From an uncultured Rivularia sp. (GTDB lineage: Bacteria; Cyanobacteriota; Cyanobacteriia; Cyanobacteriales; Nostocaceae), in NCBI GenBank assembly GCA_963665115.1, contig OY762007.1, forward strand, positions 128,001 through 192,000: 64,000 nucleotides of DNA, read 5' to 3'. The notes beneath the pieces were generated by a model. That model did not search any database, was not told where the DNA came from, and saw only the letters and a program-made list of their open reading frames with translations. This document shows positions 1 through 11,507 of this stretch, piece by piece. The first letter of the stretch is position 1. Each line of letters starts with the position of its first letter. Made by a program: the position numbers and the translations under genes.

Positions 1-2
1 TT

Positions 3-3000
3 AAAAGTTCAAAAACCAATAATTATCAGTATCAGGTTGGTGGTAGTTTAGAAAATGATGCTGCCTGTTATGTAGTGCGTGAGGCTGATGAGGAACTTTA
101 TCAAGCTCTAAAAGCTGGAGAGTTTTGCTATGTATTTAACTCTCGACAAATGGGTAAGTCATCAATTATGGTACGCACCAGCCATAGATTAAAAGAAGAA
201 GAATATAAATGTACTACTGTTGATATGAGTTGCGTTGGTAGCGAGCAAGTAACTCACGCTCAATGGTACAAAGGAGTAGTTGCTGAATTATGGCGAGGAT
301 TTCGCTTATTTGGCAAGTTTGACTTAAAATCTTGGTGGCGTGAAGAGGAAGATATCTCAGTGCTTCAACGCTTGAGCCATTTTATCGAAGATGTGCTGTT
401 AGTACAATTTCCAAAAGATAAAATAATTATATTTATTGATGAAATTGATAGTATTCTCAGTTTAGATTTTCCTGTAGATGATTTATTTGCTTTAATTCGC
501 TTCTGCTATAACCAAAGAGCATTAAATCCAGAATATCATCGTCTAACTTTTGCTATTTTCGGAGTAGCTACACCAAGCGATTTAATAGCTGATAAAAATC
601 GTACTCCATTTAATATTGGAAAGCCAATAGAGTTAAAGGGATTTACATTAGATAAAGCACAACATTTAGTTAAAGGTTTAGAAGGGAAAGTTAGCAATCC
701 TCAAGGAGTTTTTCAAGAAATACTAGCTTGGACTAACGGACAGCCATTTCTCACTCAGAAACTTTGCAAAATGGTGAAAAATAGGGAATGTGTAATTTCA
801 GAATCAGCAAATAATGTTCAAGATGAAGTTGACAAATTAGTCAATACGCAGATAATTCATAATTGGGAATCACAAGACGAACCCGAACATTTGAGAACTA
901 TTAGAGATAGAATTCTCCAGCAACAGAAAGCAGGTAGATTGCTCGGTATATATCAGCAGATTTTACAAGGTGTAGAAGTAGAAGCAGATATCAGTAAAGA
1001 GCAAACAGAATTATTTTTATCTGGGTTAGTTATTAAAGACAATAATTTACTCAAAGTTAAAAATCGTATTTATGCAGAAGTATTTAATTTAAATTGGGTA
1101 GCAATAAAATTAACTCAATTACGTCCTTATTCCCAAGCTTTTGATGCTTGGATAATTTCACATCAAACAGATTCTTCACGGCTTTTGCAGGGAAAAGCTT
1201 TAAAAGATGCTAGAAAATGGACTCAAGGAAAAAGTTTAAGTGATTTAGACTATCAATTTTTAACAGCGTCCGAACAGTTTGATAATAATCAAATTCAGCA
1301 ACAATTAGAAGCGCAAAAAGTTAAGGAAATTGAAGCACGTTTCAAAGCAGAAACAAAAAGCGCTAGACGCTTGAATTCGTTGTTATTTGTAGTTAGCAGT
1401 GCTTTAATAATTGTAAGTATTTTAGCTTATATAACATTTGTAGCTTACCGTGAAGCAAAGTTGAATGAAGTTAAAGCCACGGCTACTTCTTCTAGAACTT
1501 TATTTGCATTGGAAAAACGTTTGGATGCATTGATTCTAGGGTTAAGAGCAAATAAGAAGTTTAAAGAATTTGGTGGAGTTGACTCTCCAACAAAAAGAAT
1601 AGTTAAAACTGCTTTAAGAAATGCTCTTTTTTCAGCAGTTGAATATAATCGTATTACTGGAATTGATGCTCAAGTTTGGGATGTTGATTTTAGCCCAAAT
1701 GGTAAAATTATTGCTACTGCTCATAGAGATAATACAATTCAACTTTGGACTCGTGATGGTAAAAACATTGCAATTTTAAAAGGTCATGAAAGTGCTGTTA
1801 GAAGTGTTAGTTTTAGTCCAGATGGACAATTTATTGCTTCTACCAGTAGAGATAAAACAATCAAGTTATGGGATAAAAAAGGTGTTTTACTAAAAACCTT
1901 AACAGTTCATAAAGATGTAGTTGCAAAAGTAGTTTTTAGTCCTGATAGTAAAATTTTTGCCTCCGCTAGCCAAGATAAAACAATTAAAATTTGGACTATC
2001 CACGGTGAATTACTGCGTAGCTTCAAAGCCCATAAAAATTGGATTCCGGAAATTGCTTTTAGCCCAGATGGTAAAAAAATTGCTTCTGCTAGTATCGATC
2101 GAACCGTGAAACTTTGGAATCTCAATGGTGAATTGCTACAAACTTTTAGTCACAACCAAGATGTTTGGACTGTAGATTTTAGTCCAGATGGTAAAACCAT
2201 TATTTCAGGAGGTTCTAACAAAACAATTAAAATTTGGCAAATAGAAGATGGAAAATTAATTGATACTTTAAAAAATCATATTTCTGGAGTATGGAAAGTA
2301 CGATTTAGTCCCGATGGTAAAACTATCGCTTCTGCAAGTTGGGATAAAACGATTAAATTATGGAATACGAATGGGGTTTTATTAAAAACGTTAAAAGGTC
2401 ATAATGGTAGAGTCCGAGGTTTAGCTTGGAGTCCCGACAGTGAAACACTTGCTTCTACAAGTGAAGATAAAACTATCAGATTTTGGAATTTAAATAATGC
2501 TTTAGTTAAAACTGTTTATGGTCATGCCAATGGAATAATTCGAGTTGCTGTTAGTTCGGATGGCAAAATGATAGCTTCGGCAAGCGATGATAACACCGTA
2601 AAACTTTGGAGTCGAGATGGTAGATTAATTCAAACTATCAAAGCTCATAATCGAGGTGTTCTTGATGTTGCATTTAATCCTAATAGCAAAATTATTGCTT
2701 CAGCAAGTAACGACGAACAAATTAAACTATGGACTATTGAAGGTAAAAAAATAGGAACTTTAAAAGGACATACTGCTCCCATTTGGTCTGTAAATTTTAG
2801 TCCCGATGGTAACACTCTTGTTTCAGGAAGTGAAGATGGTACGGTTAAATTATGGAATATTGATGGTAGTTTATTAAATACTATAAATACAGATCAAGGA
2901 ATAATTCGAGCAGTTGCATTTAGTCCCGACGGTAAAATTATTGCTTCCGGTGGAAAAAATAAAACTATTAAATTGTGGAATCGTCAAGGAAAACTGCTTA

Positions 3001-3506
3001 AAACCTTAAAAGGTCATTACGATAACGTTGTAGCAATTGCATTTAGTCCAAATGGTGAAATGATTGCTTCTGCAAGTTTGGATAAAAATATTAAGCTTTG
3101 GAATCGTAATGGTGAACTGATTAATACTTTGCAAGGACACAATACTGATGTGAGAGGAGTTACATTTCTTTCTACACCTCTTAGCTCCTCCGATAATAAT
3201 AAACAGCAAAAGCAGAAAAACTATATGATTGCTTCGGCTAGTGGTGACAATACAGTTAAATTGTGGAATACAAATGGAAAGTTAATTACAACCTTACAAG
3301 GACATAAAGGTGCTGTTTGGGATGTAGAATTTACTCCCGACGGAAAAACTCTTGTTTCCGGAAGCGAAGACAATACATTGATGCTGTGGAATTTAGAAAA
3401 AGTTATTGATAGCGACAAAGTTCTCGATTACGCTTGTGATTTAGTCAGGGATTATTTAAAAAATAGTGCAGAAGTTGACTCCGAAGATAGGTATTTGTGT
3501 GATTAA
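3..3506 (+). CDS. AAA-like (AAA_35-type) ATPase + TM + WD40 repeat protein; 5' end runs off the window
   Basis: Frame is open from position 3 ([16 protein letters not shown]...). Walker A-like SRQMGKSS, Walker B IIFIDEID, a hydrophobic segment, and about 14 GH...WD/WN repeats. Confidence 0.92.
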   Translation, partial: KSSKTNNYQYQVGGSLENDAACYVVREADEELYQALKAGEFCYVFNSRQMGKSSIMVRTSHRLKEEEYKCTTVDMSCVGSEQVTHAQWYKGVVAELWRGFRLFGKFDLKSWWREEEDISVLQRLSHFIEDVLLVQFPKDKIIIFIDEIDSILSLDFPVDDLFALIRFCYNQRALNPEYHRLTFAIFGVATPSDLIADKNRTPFNIGKPIELKGFTLDKAQHLVKGLEGKVSNPQGVFQEILAWTNGQPFLTQKLCKMVKNRECVISESANNVQDEVDKLVNTQIIHNWESQDEPEHLRTIRDRILQQQKAGRLLGIYQQILQGVEVEADISKEQTELFLSGLVIKDNNLLKVKNRIYAEVFNLNWVAIKLTQLRPYSQAFDAWIISHQTDSSRLLQGKALKDARKWTQGKSLSDLDYQFLTASEQFDNNQIQQQLEAQKVKEIEARFKAETKSARRLNSLLFVVSSALIIVSILAYITFVAYREAKLNEVKATATSSRTLFALEKRLDALILGLRANKKFKEFGGVDSPTKRIVKTALRNALFSAVEYNRITGIDAQVWDVDFSPNGKIIATAHRDNTIQLWTRDGKNIAILKGHESAVRSVSFSPDGQFIASTSRDKTIKLWDKKGVLLKTLTVHKDVVAKVVFSPDSKIFASASQDKTIKIWTIHGELLRSFKAHKNWIPEIAFSPDGKKIASASIDRTVKLWNLNGELLQTFSHNQDVWTVDFSPDGKTIISGGSNKTIKIWQIEDGKLIDTLKNHISGVWKVRFSPDGKTIASASWDKTIKLWNTNGVLLKTLKGHNGRVRGLAWSPDSETLASTSEDKTIRFWNLNNALVKTVYGHANGIIRVAVSSDGKMIASASDDNTVKLWSRDGRLIQTIKAHNRGVLDVAFNPNSKIIASASNDEQIKLWTIEGKKIGTLKGHTAPIWSVNFSPDGNTLVSGSEDGTVKLWNIDGSLLNTINTDQGIIRAVAFSPDGKIIASGGKNKTIKLWNRQGKLLKTLKGHYDNVVAIAFSPNGEMIASASLDKNIKLWNRNGELINTLQGHNTDVRGVTFLSTPLSSSDNNKQQKQKNYMIASASGDNTVKLWNTNGKLITTLQGHKGAVWDVEFTPDGKTLVSGSEDNTLMLWNLEKVIDSDKVLDYACDLVRDYLKNSAEVDSEDRYLCD

Positions 3507-3514
3507 TTAGTAAT

Positions 3515-3551
3515 TGGGCATTGGGCATTGGGAATTGGTAATTGGTAATTA
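3515..3551. repeat. Heptamer short tandem repeats (STRR-type TTGGGCA/TTGGTAA)
   Basis: ttgggcattgggcattgggaattggtaattggtaatt directly after the stop codon; similar runs near 15442, 21577, 25907 and 53135. Confidence 0.8.
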
Positions 3552-3756
3552 CTGATGTCGAACAGTTAGGGAGCAAGATGCGAACACCGTGCAAATAGTA
3601 CCCTTCTCATCCTATACTCCCATGCCCAATCCCCTCTTCTCTATTACCAATTACCCATTCCCTTTTATCAAAATAGTTTTTGTCAAACTTTCGGTATAGG
3701 TTGAATTTAGCTAGCATAGCTACCATCAAAGACGGAAGCTTTCTTAGGACAATATC

Positions 3757-4839
3757 ATGACTAGCATCTCCTCTGTACCGGATTTTATCGAATCTTTGCT
3801 AGGTAACGAAGCGAAAGACTTGCTTACTCACAAAGCCAAAGTCTCTCAAAATATGCTCCATTTACCTGGAAGCGATTTTGTAGATAGAGTTTGGATTAAC
3901 AGCGATAGAAATCCCCAAGTATTGCGTAGTTTACAAGCTCTTTACTCTACCGGAAGACTTGCTAATACAGGTTATCTCTCGATTTTACCCGTAGATCAAG
4001 GTATCGAACATTCAGCAGGTGCTTCTTTTGCTCCAAACCCGATGTATTTCGATCCCGAAAATATTGTCAAACTAGCGATAGAAGGTGGTTGTAATGCAGT
4101 TGCTTCAACTTTGGGTGTATTAGGAATAGTTTCCCGTAAATATGCTCATAAAATTCCTTTTATCGTTAAAATTAATCACAACGAATTGCTTAACGTTCCC
4201 AATGGTTATGACCAAATTATGTTCGGTGATGTAGAACAAGCTTGGAAATTGGGTGCTGCTGCTGTGGGTGCCACAATTTACTTCGGTTCGGATAATTCTA
4301 CCCGACAAATCCAAGAAGTTAGCAAAGCCTTCAAACGCGCTCACGAGTTGGGAATGGCTACTATCTTATGGTGCTACTTGCGTAACAGTGCATTCAAGCA
4401 AGACAAAGATTATCACCTCTCAGCCGATTTATCATCTCAAGCCAATCACTTGGGTGTAACAATCGAAGCCGATATTATCAAGCAAAAAATGCCCGAAAAT
4501 AATAACGGTTATGGTGCAGTTGCGAAGGCGATCGGTACGAGCTACGGTAAGACTCACGATAAAGTTTATACCGACTTAACCACAGATCATCCCATCGACT
4601 TAACCCGCTATCAAGTATTAAATTGTTACTGCGGGCGTGCTGGTTTAATTAACTCCGGTGGTGCAACAGGTGAAAACGACTTTGCATCAGCAGTACGTAC
4701 CGCAATTATCAACAAGCGTGCTGGAGGTACCGGGTTAATTTCCGGACGTAAAGCATTCCAACGTCCCTTTGAAGACGGTGTTAAATTGTTCCACATGATT
4801 CAGGATATTTACTTATCTGATGCTGTGACGATCGCTTAG
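3757..4839 (+). CDS. fbaB: Class I fructose-bisphosphate aldolase (FbaB/DhnA type)
   Basis: [27 protein letters not shown] (Schiff-base Lys), GLINSGG and [12 protein letters not shown] motifs. Confidence 0.95.
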   Translation: MTSISSVPDFIESLLGNEAKDLLTHKAKVSQNMLHLPGSDFVDRVWINSDRNPQVLRSLQALYSTGRLANTGYLSILPVDQGIEHSAGASFAPNPMYFDPENIVKLAIEGGCNAVASTLGVLGIVSRKYAHKIPFIVKINHNELLNVPNGYDQIMFGDVEQAWKLGAAAVGATIYFGSDNSTRQIQEVSKAFKRAHELGMATILWCYLRNSAFKQDKDYHLSADLSSQANHLGVTIEADIIKQKMPENNNGYGAVAKAIGTSYGKTHDKVYTDLTTDHPIDLTRYQVLNCYCGRAGLINSGGATGENDFASAVRTAIINKRAGGTGLISGRKAFQRPFEDGVKLFHMIQDIYLSDAVTIA

Positions 4840-4865
4840 GTTTGGTAATTGGTAATTGGTATTTT

Positions 4866-4932
4866 GTAGGGTGTGTTACGGCATTATAAATCTTGCGAGT
4901 AAACGAGATATTTTGATCAGCCGTAACGCACC
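4866..4932. repeat. REP-like inverted repeat (GTAGGGTGTGTTACGGC...GCCGTAACGCACC)
   Basis: Inverted arms visible; relatives near 5387-5414, 26544-26612, 27640 and 58483-58542. Confidence 0.7.
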
Positions 4933-5135
4933 ATTTTTAGGCATGGATTAAACCACGATAATCCTATATTTATTATCAAAATTTTAGGCTTTAGAAACCC
5001 GGTTTTAATTTTCACTGAATTTATTACGTTCTTGTAAACTTGCAACAGAGGTAGGCTTTGCAGCAGGCTCGGCTACTGGTGTTATAGCTGGAACCGCTAT
5101 CGGTAGAGCGATTGGCGCTTTTATTGGACAACATA

Positions 5136-5236
5136 TAGCACTTTGCAGGTATATGAGGTACATTTCCCTACTCCCTACTCCCTACTCCCTACTTCCTCTA
5201 GAAACGATGTGTACCTCACTTAAATGAAATCTGCTG
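5136..5236. mobile_element. ~101-bp MITE flanked by TA duplication; same family as 27235-27337
   Basis: TA|tagcactttgca..tgaggtaca ... tgtacctca..tgaaatctgctg|TA; internal CTCCCTA tandem repeats. Confidence 0.7.
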
Positions 5237-5452
5237 TATAGGTGTATGGTTGGCAAACTTCCTTTGGGAAAATGTTGTTAATAAAAGTGCTTTGTATTTT
5301 AAAGATAAGTTTTCTTGGTTTGGGTTGTTTCCCAACCGAGTGATTGCGAGAACTTGTTAACCAAAGTAATTTGTAATTTTAATCTGGTGCGTTAAGCTGA
5401 AGTTATAACGCACCCTTGTATATTGATAATTTCGGCGACTGAAATTATAGCC

Positions 5453-6073
5453 ATGACTCAAACATTAAACAAAACAATAACATATGAAGAATTTATCGAA
5501 TGGAAGCCAGAAAATAAATTATATGAACTGCACAACGGGGTAATTATTGAAGTGGCTCAACCAATTGGTAAACATGAAAATGTTGTCGGATTTTTAATTG
5601 AAAAAATCTTAGTTGAGTATGTTCGTTTAAAATTACCTTATTTCATTGCTTCAAAGGTACTAGTAAAACCTGATGCTAAAGAATCTGCTTATTTGCCCGA
5701 TGTATTGCTACTAAATAAGCAAAATTTGAAGAATGAGCCATTGTATGAGCAAGAGTCTACTGTTTCTCAAAGTGAATCAATACCTTTAGTTGTAGAAGTT
5801 GTAAGCAGCAACTGGAGTGATGATTATGCTTTAAAGTTTGATGAATACGAAACCATAGGTATACCGGAATATGTAATAGTTGATTATTTAGGATTGGGTG
5901 GTAGAAAATTTATTGGTAATCCCAAACAACCTACGATTACTGTCTGTCAATTAGAGGATGGTGAGTATAAAAGCACTTTATATAAAAATGATGAGGTAGT
6001 TCAATTAAAATCATTCCCTGATTTAAAATTGACTGCTGAAGAAATTTTTCAATCTGCTTATATCGAAAATTAA
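5453..6073 (+). CDS. Uma2 family PD-(D/E)XK endonuclease-like protein
   Basis: TYEEFIEW..YELHNG, YLPDV, PLVVEVVS, KFDEYETIGIPEYVIVD; the ATG at 5453 is preferred to the TTG at 5423. Confidence 0.9.
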   Translation: MTQTLNKTITYEEFIEWKPENKLYELHNGVIIEVAQPIGKHENVVGFLIEKILVEYVRLKLPYFIASKVLVKPDAKESAYLPDVLLLNKQNLKNEPLYEQESTVSQSESIPLVVEVVSSNWSDDYALKFDEYETIGIPEYVIVDYLGLGGRKFIGNPKQPTITVCQLEDGEYKSTLYKNDEVVQLKSFPDLKLTAEEIFQSAYIEN

Positions 6074-6109
6074 GTCTTGCCATTCCTTCCAATCCCCTAT
6101 TCCCTTCAT

Positions 6110-6202
6110 TCCTTAGAACAGTTAGAAAATCTTGGAGAAGCATTGCCTGATTTTAGCAGTATGGCTGATTTAGCAGCTTGGATCGAAGAGCTTGAAAGTT
6201 AG
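6110..6202 (+). pseudogene. Orphan C-terminal fragment of an Rpn/DUF4351-type gene
   Basis: Reads SLEQLENLGEALPDFSSMADLAAWIEELES*, matching the C-termini of 6538-7392 and 12927-13805; no start codon. Confidence 0.75.
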
Positions 6203-6319
6203 CTTGTAGCTAGGCTTCACGGTTCACACGGATATAAGTTTTGAGTAAATAATTTATATTTGAACCTTTTCCCAACATTCTTCTCATCAGTTTTTTACAA
6301 TATTTATCTGTAATCATTA

Positions 6320-6393
6320 TGTTGGGTTACGACACGATAAACAAAGATTCTCATTACAAGTAAAATTTGTTAAACGTGTCTAACCCAACCTAC
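6320..6393. repeat. REP-like inverted repeat (GTTGGGTTACG...TCTAACCCAACCTAC)
   Basis: Arms pair; further copies at ~26688-26760, ~27440-27505 and ~27536-27607. Confidence 0.75.
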
Positions 6394-6537
6394 GAACTAG
6401 ATTTTACATAGATTTAATCAACTAAAATTTATCATTTAAAACGCTGCGTTATAGTCTAAGCTGTAACGCATCTTATTATTTATAATTCTGTACAAAATAA
6501 TGTTATTAGTAATTTTAAAAGCTAATAAAATCATCTC

Positions 6538-7392
6538 ATGCGCCGAGATTCTATATTCTATAAACTGTTTCAACAATACCCAAGTTTACTGTTTGAATTG
6601 TTGACAAACCCACCAGAAAATGCATCGAAATACAGATTCGATTCAGTAGCAGTTAAAGAACCAAAATTTGAAATTGATGGGGTATTTCTTCCACCGAAAA
6701 ATGAAAGTCCAGGTGCTGTATATTTCTGTGAAGTGCAGTTTCAAAAGGACGAAAGATTATACGAAAGAGTATTTGCAGAATCTTCCTTATACTTCTACCG
6801 TAACCGCGACCGATTCAACGATTGGCAAGTTGTAATAATTTACCCTTCCCGTAATACAGAACAAAGCGAGATTTTTCCCCATCGCGGACAACTCAACAGC
6901 CCTCAAGTCCGAAGGGTATATCTGAATGAATTGGGAAATATTCGCGAATTACCTGTATGGGTAGCGCTGATGGTTTTGACTACCGTAAACGAACAACAAG
7001 CACCCGAAGAAGCTAGGTATTTAATATCACGTTCTTCCACCGAACAGCCAGAAACTAGAAGTCAGGTAATAATAGATTTAATCACGACGATAATAGCGTA
7101 CAGATTTGAACAACTTAGTCGAAGCGAGGTCGAAACAATGTTAGGAATTACCCTCAAAGAAACCAGAATGTATCAAGACATTAAGGAAGAAGGGAAAGAA
7201 GAGGGAAGAGAAGTAGAAGCGCGATCGCTCATCCTCCGTCTACTAACTCGAAGAGTCGGAGAATTACCATCACCAGTTCGTCAACGTGTTGAAGATCTTT
7301 CCCTAGAACAATTAGAAAATCTCGGAGAAGCGTTGCTTGATTTTAACAGCATGGCCAATTTACAAACTTGGTTGGAGGAAGTTAGTAGTTAG
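6538..7392 (+). CDS. Rpn family recombination-promoting nuclease/putative transposase (DUF2887-like) with DUF4351-like C-terminus, copy 1
   Basis: MRRDSIFYKLFQ, FEIDGVF, FCEVQFQKD, EEGK/EEGR repeats, LSLEQLENLGEALLDF. Confidence 0.9.
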   Translation: MRRDSIFYKLFQQYPSLLFELLTNPPENASKYRFDSVAVKEPKFEIDGVFLPPKNESPGAVYFCEVQFQKDERLYERVFAESSLYFYRNRDRFNDWQVVIIYPSRNTEQSEIFPHRGQLNSPQVRRVYLNELGNIRELPVWVALMVLTTVNEQQAPEEARYLISRSSTEQPETRSQVIIDLITTIIAYRFEQLSRSEVETMLGITLKETRMYQDIKEEGKEEGREVEARSLILRLLTRRVGELPSPVRQRVEDLSLEQLENLGEALLDFNSMANLQTWLEEVSS

Positions 7393-7503
7393 GAGTTAAG
7401 AGTGAGGAGTGAGGAGTTAGGAATTAGGAGTTAGGAATGAGGAGTTAATTTTTCTACCCCCTCTTCCCCCTCTACCCCCTCTACCCCCTCTTCCCCTTCT
7501 TCC

Positions 7504-7734
7504 CTATTCCTCCATCTCCTCAACAACTTCCTTCCTATCCGTCAACGGCTTCACAACTTTCGCTATAGCCTCCGATATAAAAGCCTTCACAAATTCATCC
7601 CGACGATTTAATTGAAACTGCCTTTGCACTACTTCCGTCATTCCTCCATCACCCCAATCTTGATCGTGACGGAAATATTCGATAAAACTCTTACCGGCAA
7701 TTCTGGTTAAGTAAGCTGCGGTTACTCCTTGAAT
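7504..7734 (-). pseudogene. 3'-terminal fragment of the YcjF/DUF697 GTPase gene
   Basis: Reads IQGVTAAYLTRIAGKSFIEYFRHDQDWGDGGMTEVVQRQF...EVVEEMEE*, matching 13896-14129. Confidence 0.9.
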
Positions 7735-8000
7735 AAATTCCCTAACACTAGGGTTGCGACGTTGAATTATAAGTATTAAAAATTACATTTTATCCAAATA
7801 AATAGTTTATAAAACTTAAGATGTAAGATGCCTATTGAGTTATATGCTTTAATACAATCTTCTAATTTTTTTATAGCGACAGAATTATTTTTGATTAAAT
7901 TACATACTGGTATACAAATAGTAAAATAGATCGAAATACTAATAAAACAATACTTCAAACAAAAAGTAGTCGCTAATTTTTACATTTTATTGTTGTTTTC

Positions 8001-9386
8001 ATGCTGGACACGATATTAAATAGTCGCTATCACATCATCAAAAAATTGGGTGGTGGTGGGTTTGGAGAAACATTTCTTGCTTGCGATCGCTGGTTGGAGG
8101 ATGAGAAATGTGTTGTAAAGCAACTTAAACCGGATACCATGAGTCCGGTAACAGTGCGATTGTTTGAGAGAGAGGCACAGTTTTTAACTAAATTGGGCGT
8201 TCACAACCAAATTCCTCAACTTTTAGCTCATTTTCAGCAAGATGATAATTTTTATTTAGTACAAGAGTTTGTCGAAGGACATGATTTATTACAAGAAATA
8301 ACTCCCGGAAAACTCTGGGATGAAAGCGATGTTATCTATTTATTAGAAGAAATTTTAAAAATACTTAAGTTTGTACATAAGAACAACATTATTCACCGCG
8401 ATATCAAGCCAGCAAATATTATGCGTCGGCACAAAGATAACAAAATCGTACTGATTGACTTTGGTGGAGTCAAACAAGTTAAAGCTCAGACAGATTCTAC
8501 AATGTTAACTCCTGTTGTCGGTACGCACGGGTATATGCCAGATGAACAGTTTAGAAATAACGCTCAACTTTGCAGTGATATCTATGCTGTGGGAATGTTA
8601 GGGATTCAAGCCTTGACGGGGATAGAGCCGAAGCAACTCTTAAGAGATGCGAAAACCGGACAACAGCTATGGCAGGATAAAGCCAAAGTAAGCGAAGGAT
8701 TGGCAAATGTCATAGATAAGATGGTGAGGTTTCACTTTACCGAGCGCTATCAATCAGCAGATGAAGCCTTGGAATCTGTAAAAAATTTATTGCTTAGGGC
8801 ATCATACTGGTTTGAGCGCGGCGATCAATTATTGCAGTCAAAAGTTTATAAGCAGGGGATTAAAGCTTATAACGAAGCTATCAAAATTAAACCAGATTAC
8901 CATCAAGCTTGGTATAGTCGCGGCATCGCATTACGCAAATTGAGGCGGTACGTTGAAGCGATTGACTCTTATGACCAGGCTATCAAAATTAAACCAGATT
9001 ATTATCATGCTTGGTATGGTCGCGCTTGGGTGCTAGATGAATTGGATAGGTATGAAGAGGCGATCGCCTCTTATAATCGAGCAATTCAAATTAAACCAAA
9101 TTGTCATTATGCTTTATACAATCGGGGCATAGCGCTATATAGCCAGAAAAAGTATGAAGAAGCAATATCCTCCTTTGATAAAGCAATTGAAAATAAACGG
9201 CATCTTCCCCAAGCTTGGTATCATCGCGGGATAGCGCTGTACGATCTAGAAAACTACAAAGAAGCATTAAAATCTTTTGATGAAGCACTCTCAATTCAAC
9301 CAGACTACGAATTAGCCAGAGAAAACCGCGATTTAGCTGAGAAAAAGTTACAAAAACCGTTCTTTATGAAGTGGTTGGGTAAGTAA
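8001..9386 (+). CDS. Pkn2-type Ser/Thr protein kinase with C-terminal TPR repeats
   Basis: LGGGGFGETF, CVVKQL, HRDIKPAN, DFG; TPRs such as AIKIKPDYHQAWYSRG. Confidence 0.93.
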   Translation: MLDTILNSRYHIIKKLGGGGFGETFLACDRWLEDEKCVVKQLKPDTMSPVTVRLFEREAQFLTKLGVHNQIPQLLAHFQQDDNFYLVQEFVEGHDLLQEITPGKLWDESDVIYLLEEILKILKFVHKNNIIHRDIKPANIMRRHKDNKIVLIDFGGVKQVKAQTDSTMLTPVVGTHGYMPDEQFRNNAQLCSDIYAVGMLGIQALTGIEPKQLLRDAKTGQQLWQDKAKVSEGLANVIDKMVRFHFTERYQSADEALESVKNLLLRASYWFERGDQLLQSKVYKQGIKAYNEAIKIKPDYHQAWYSRGIALRKLRRYVEAIDSYDQAIKIKPDYYHAWYGRAWVLDELDRYEEAIASYNRAIQIKPNCHYALYNRGIALYSQKKYEEAISSFDKAIENKRHLPQAWYHRGIALYDLENYKEALKSFDEALSIQPDYELARENRDLAEKKLQKPFFMKWLGK

Positions 9387-9387
9387 T

Positions 9388-11449
9388 ATGAAAGGTGAAA
9401 AACTCAACAGTCGCTACCGCATCATCGAAAAATTAGGACGTGGGGGATTTGGGGAAACCTATCTTGCCACTGATGAATGGCTTGAAGTTGATAATTACTG
9501 TGTAGTTAAGCAACTCAGACCTAATATTGTTAATAAATATACTTTACGTTTATTTGAGCAAGAAGCACAGGTTTTATTTAAATTGGGAACTCACGACCAG
9601 ATTCCCCAGCTTTTAGCCCACTTCGAGCAAGAAGAAAAATTTTATTTAGTACAAGAATATATTGCAGGGACACGATTTATCTGAAGAAATTGAAGAAGGT
9701 AAACGCTGGGATGAAGCTGAAGTAATTGAATTATTAAAGCAAATTCTTACAGTATTAGGATTTGTACATCACAATAACGTGATTCACCGCGACATTAAAC
9801 CAGGAAATATCATGCGTCGTAGTGATGGCAAAATTGTTTTGATTGATTTTGGAGGAGTTAAGCAACTTACAACTCAAACTACTGCTGCAAAGGTATCAAC
9901 TCACGCTGTTGGTACACCAGGTTATATGCCTCAAGAGCAAATTTATAATAATACTCAACCTTGCAGCGATATTTATGCTGTGGGAATGCTAGCCATTGAA
10001 GCGCTTATTGGTGAAGATGCAATTGATATTCCTACAGATTCTAAAACTTATCAACCAATTTGGCGAGATAAAGCTGATGTAAGTGAGAAATTCGCAGATG
10101 TGATTGATAAGATGGTGCGGTTTAGCTTTGAGGAGCGCTATCAATCAGTTAGTGAAGTTTTATATGTGATCGAAAACCTATCCTTGGGTGCATTAGATTA
10201 TTATCAAAAAGGTGAAAAGTTATATACATTAGGGAAATATGAGAAAGCAGTTGTAGAGTTTGATAAAGCAATTGAAATGCAGCCAGATTTTTATCAAGCT
10301 TGGACGGAAAAAGGTTTGGCTTTGCGAGAATTAAAAAAATATGATAAAGCGCTTTATTTTTGTAATAAAGCAATTAATCTAAAACCAGATTATGCTAAAG
10401 CTTGGACAGGTAAAGCTTGGGCTTTAAGTAAATTAGAAAAGTATCAAGAAGCATTAGCAGCTTATCAGCAAGCAATTTATATTCGTCCGAATAATTATAA
10501 AGCTTGGACGGGTAAAGCTGAAGCTCTAATAGACTTGAATAAATACGAAGAAGCTCTTGAATGTTGCGATAGAGCTATTGAAATAGAACCTAGCTATATC
10601 GATACTTGGATTAAGTATAGCTACGTATTGCTAAAGCTTAAAAGTTATAGTGAAGCGCTAGCTTGTTCTAATCGAGCTATTGAATATGAGCCAGATTCTG
10701 ATTTAGCTTGGACTGTTCGCGGTATGGTGCTGAATAATTTAGAACAGTATGATGAAGCTGTGCAAGCTTTTAAAGAAGCAACACATATTAATCCACATAA
10801 TTATCAAGCTTTTTATGGCTGGGGCAATACTTTATTCAATAATAAAAAGTATGAAAAAGCTATTAGATATTATGGTTTAGCGATTGAATATAAACCAGAT
10901 TTTGCCGATGCTTTGTATCAACGAGGAAAGTCGCTATTACAATTAAAAAGTAATCAAGAAGCCTTGGATTATATCGATAAAGCAATCGATATTCAACAAG
11001 ATAACAGTTTATATTGGGAAGCTCGCGCTACGGTTTTGAAACAATTGGTAAGATACGAAGAATCTCTAACGGCTATTGATAAATCGGTAGAAATCGAACC
11101 ACATAAACATACTAGTTGGCTCCTTCATAGTGAGGTGCTATATGCATTAGCAAGATATCAAGAATCTATTGATTCCTACGATAAAGCATTAAATATCAAA
11201 CCTGATTATAAGTTAGCAATAAAACAACGCAAGCAAGCAGTAAGAAAAGCTGTAGCGCCAAAGATTTTACTTGCTTTAATTCCTGCGTTTTACATTATAA
11301 TTTTCACTGTGCTTTTAACTAAAGCTTTAACTAATCAAAGTGTTTGGTCTATGCTATTTTGGCTTTTTATTTTACCTGTAACTGCAATCACAATTAATAT
11401 CGCATTTGCTTACTTATTTATAAAAATTATTAAAACATTTGCAGATTGA
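9388..11449 (+). CDS. Ser/Thr protein kinase + TPR repeats + C-terminal TM helices; frameshift at ~9667-9669
   Basis: ORFs 9388-9684 and 9662-11449 join as QEYIAGHDL if one G is removed from gcaggg; HRDIKPGN and DFG are intact. Confidence 0.88.
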
Positions 11450-11507
11450 TTTACTATCAAAAATATATAATTTAAATACAAGTTACTACTATTATTATTA
11501 AATAAAT

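Larger units (their letters stand above)
6503..7734 (+). repeat. Long direct repeat, left copy (partner ~12893-14129)
   Basis: Contains the Rpn gene, a spacer and the 3' end of the YcjF-like gene; near-identical to the right copy over long stretches. Confidence 0.9.

Noticed and set aside
7776..7958. 60-aa ORF at the cargo junction
   Set aside because: Very AT-rich, TTG start, no motif; more likely the kinase promoter region.
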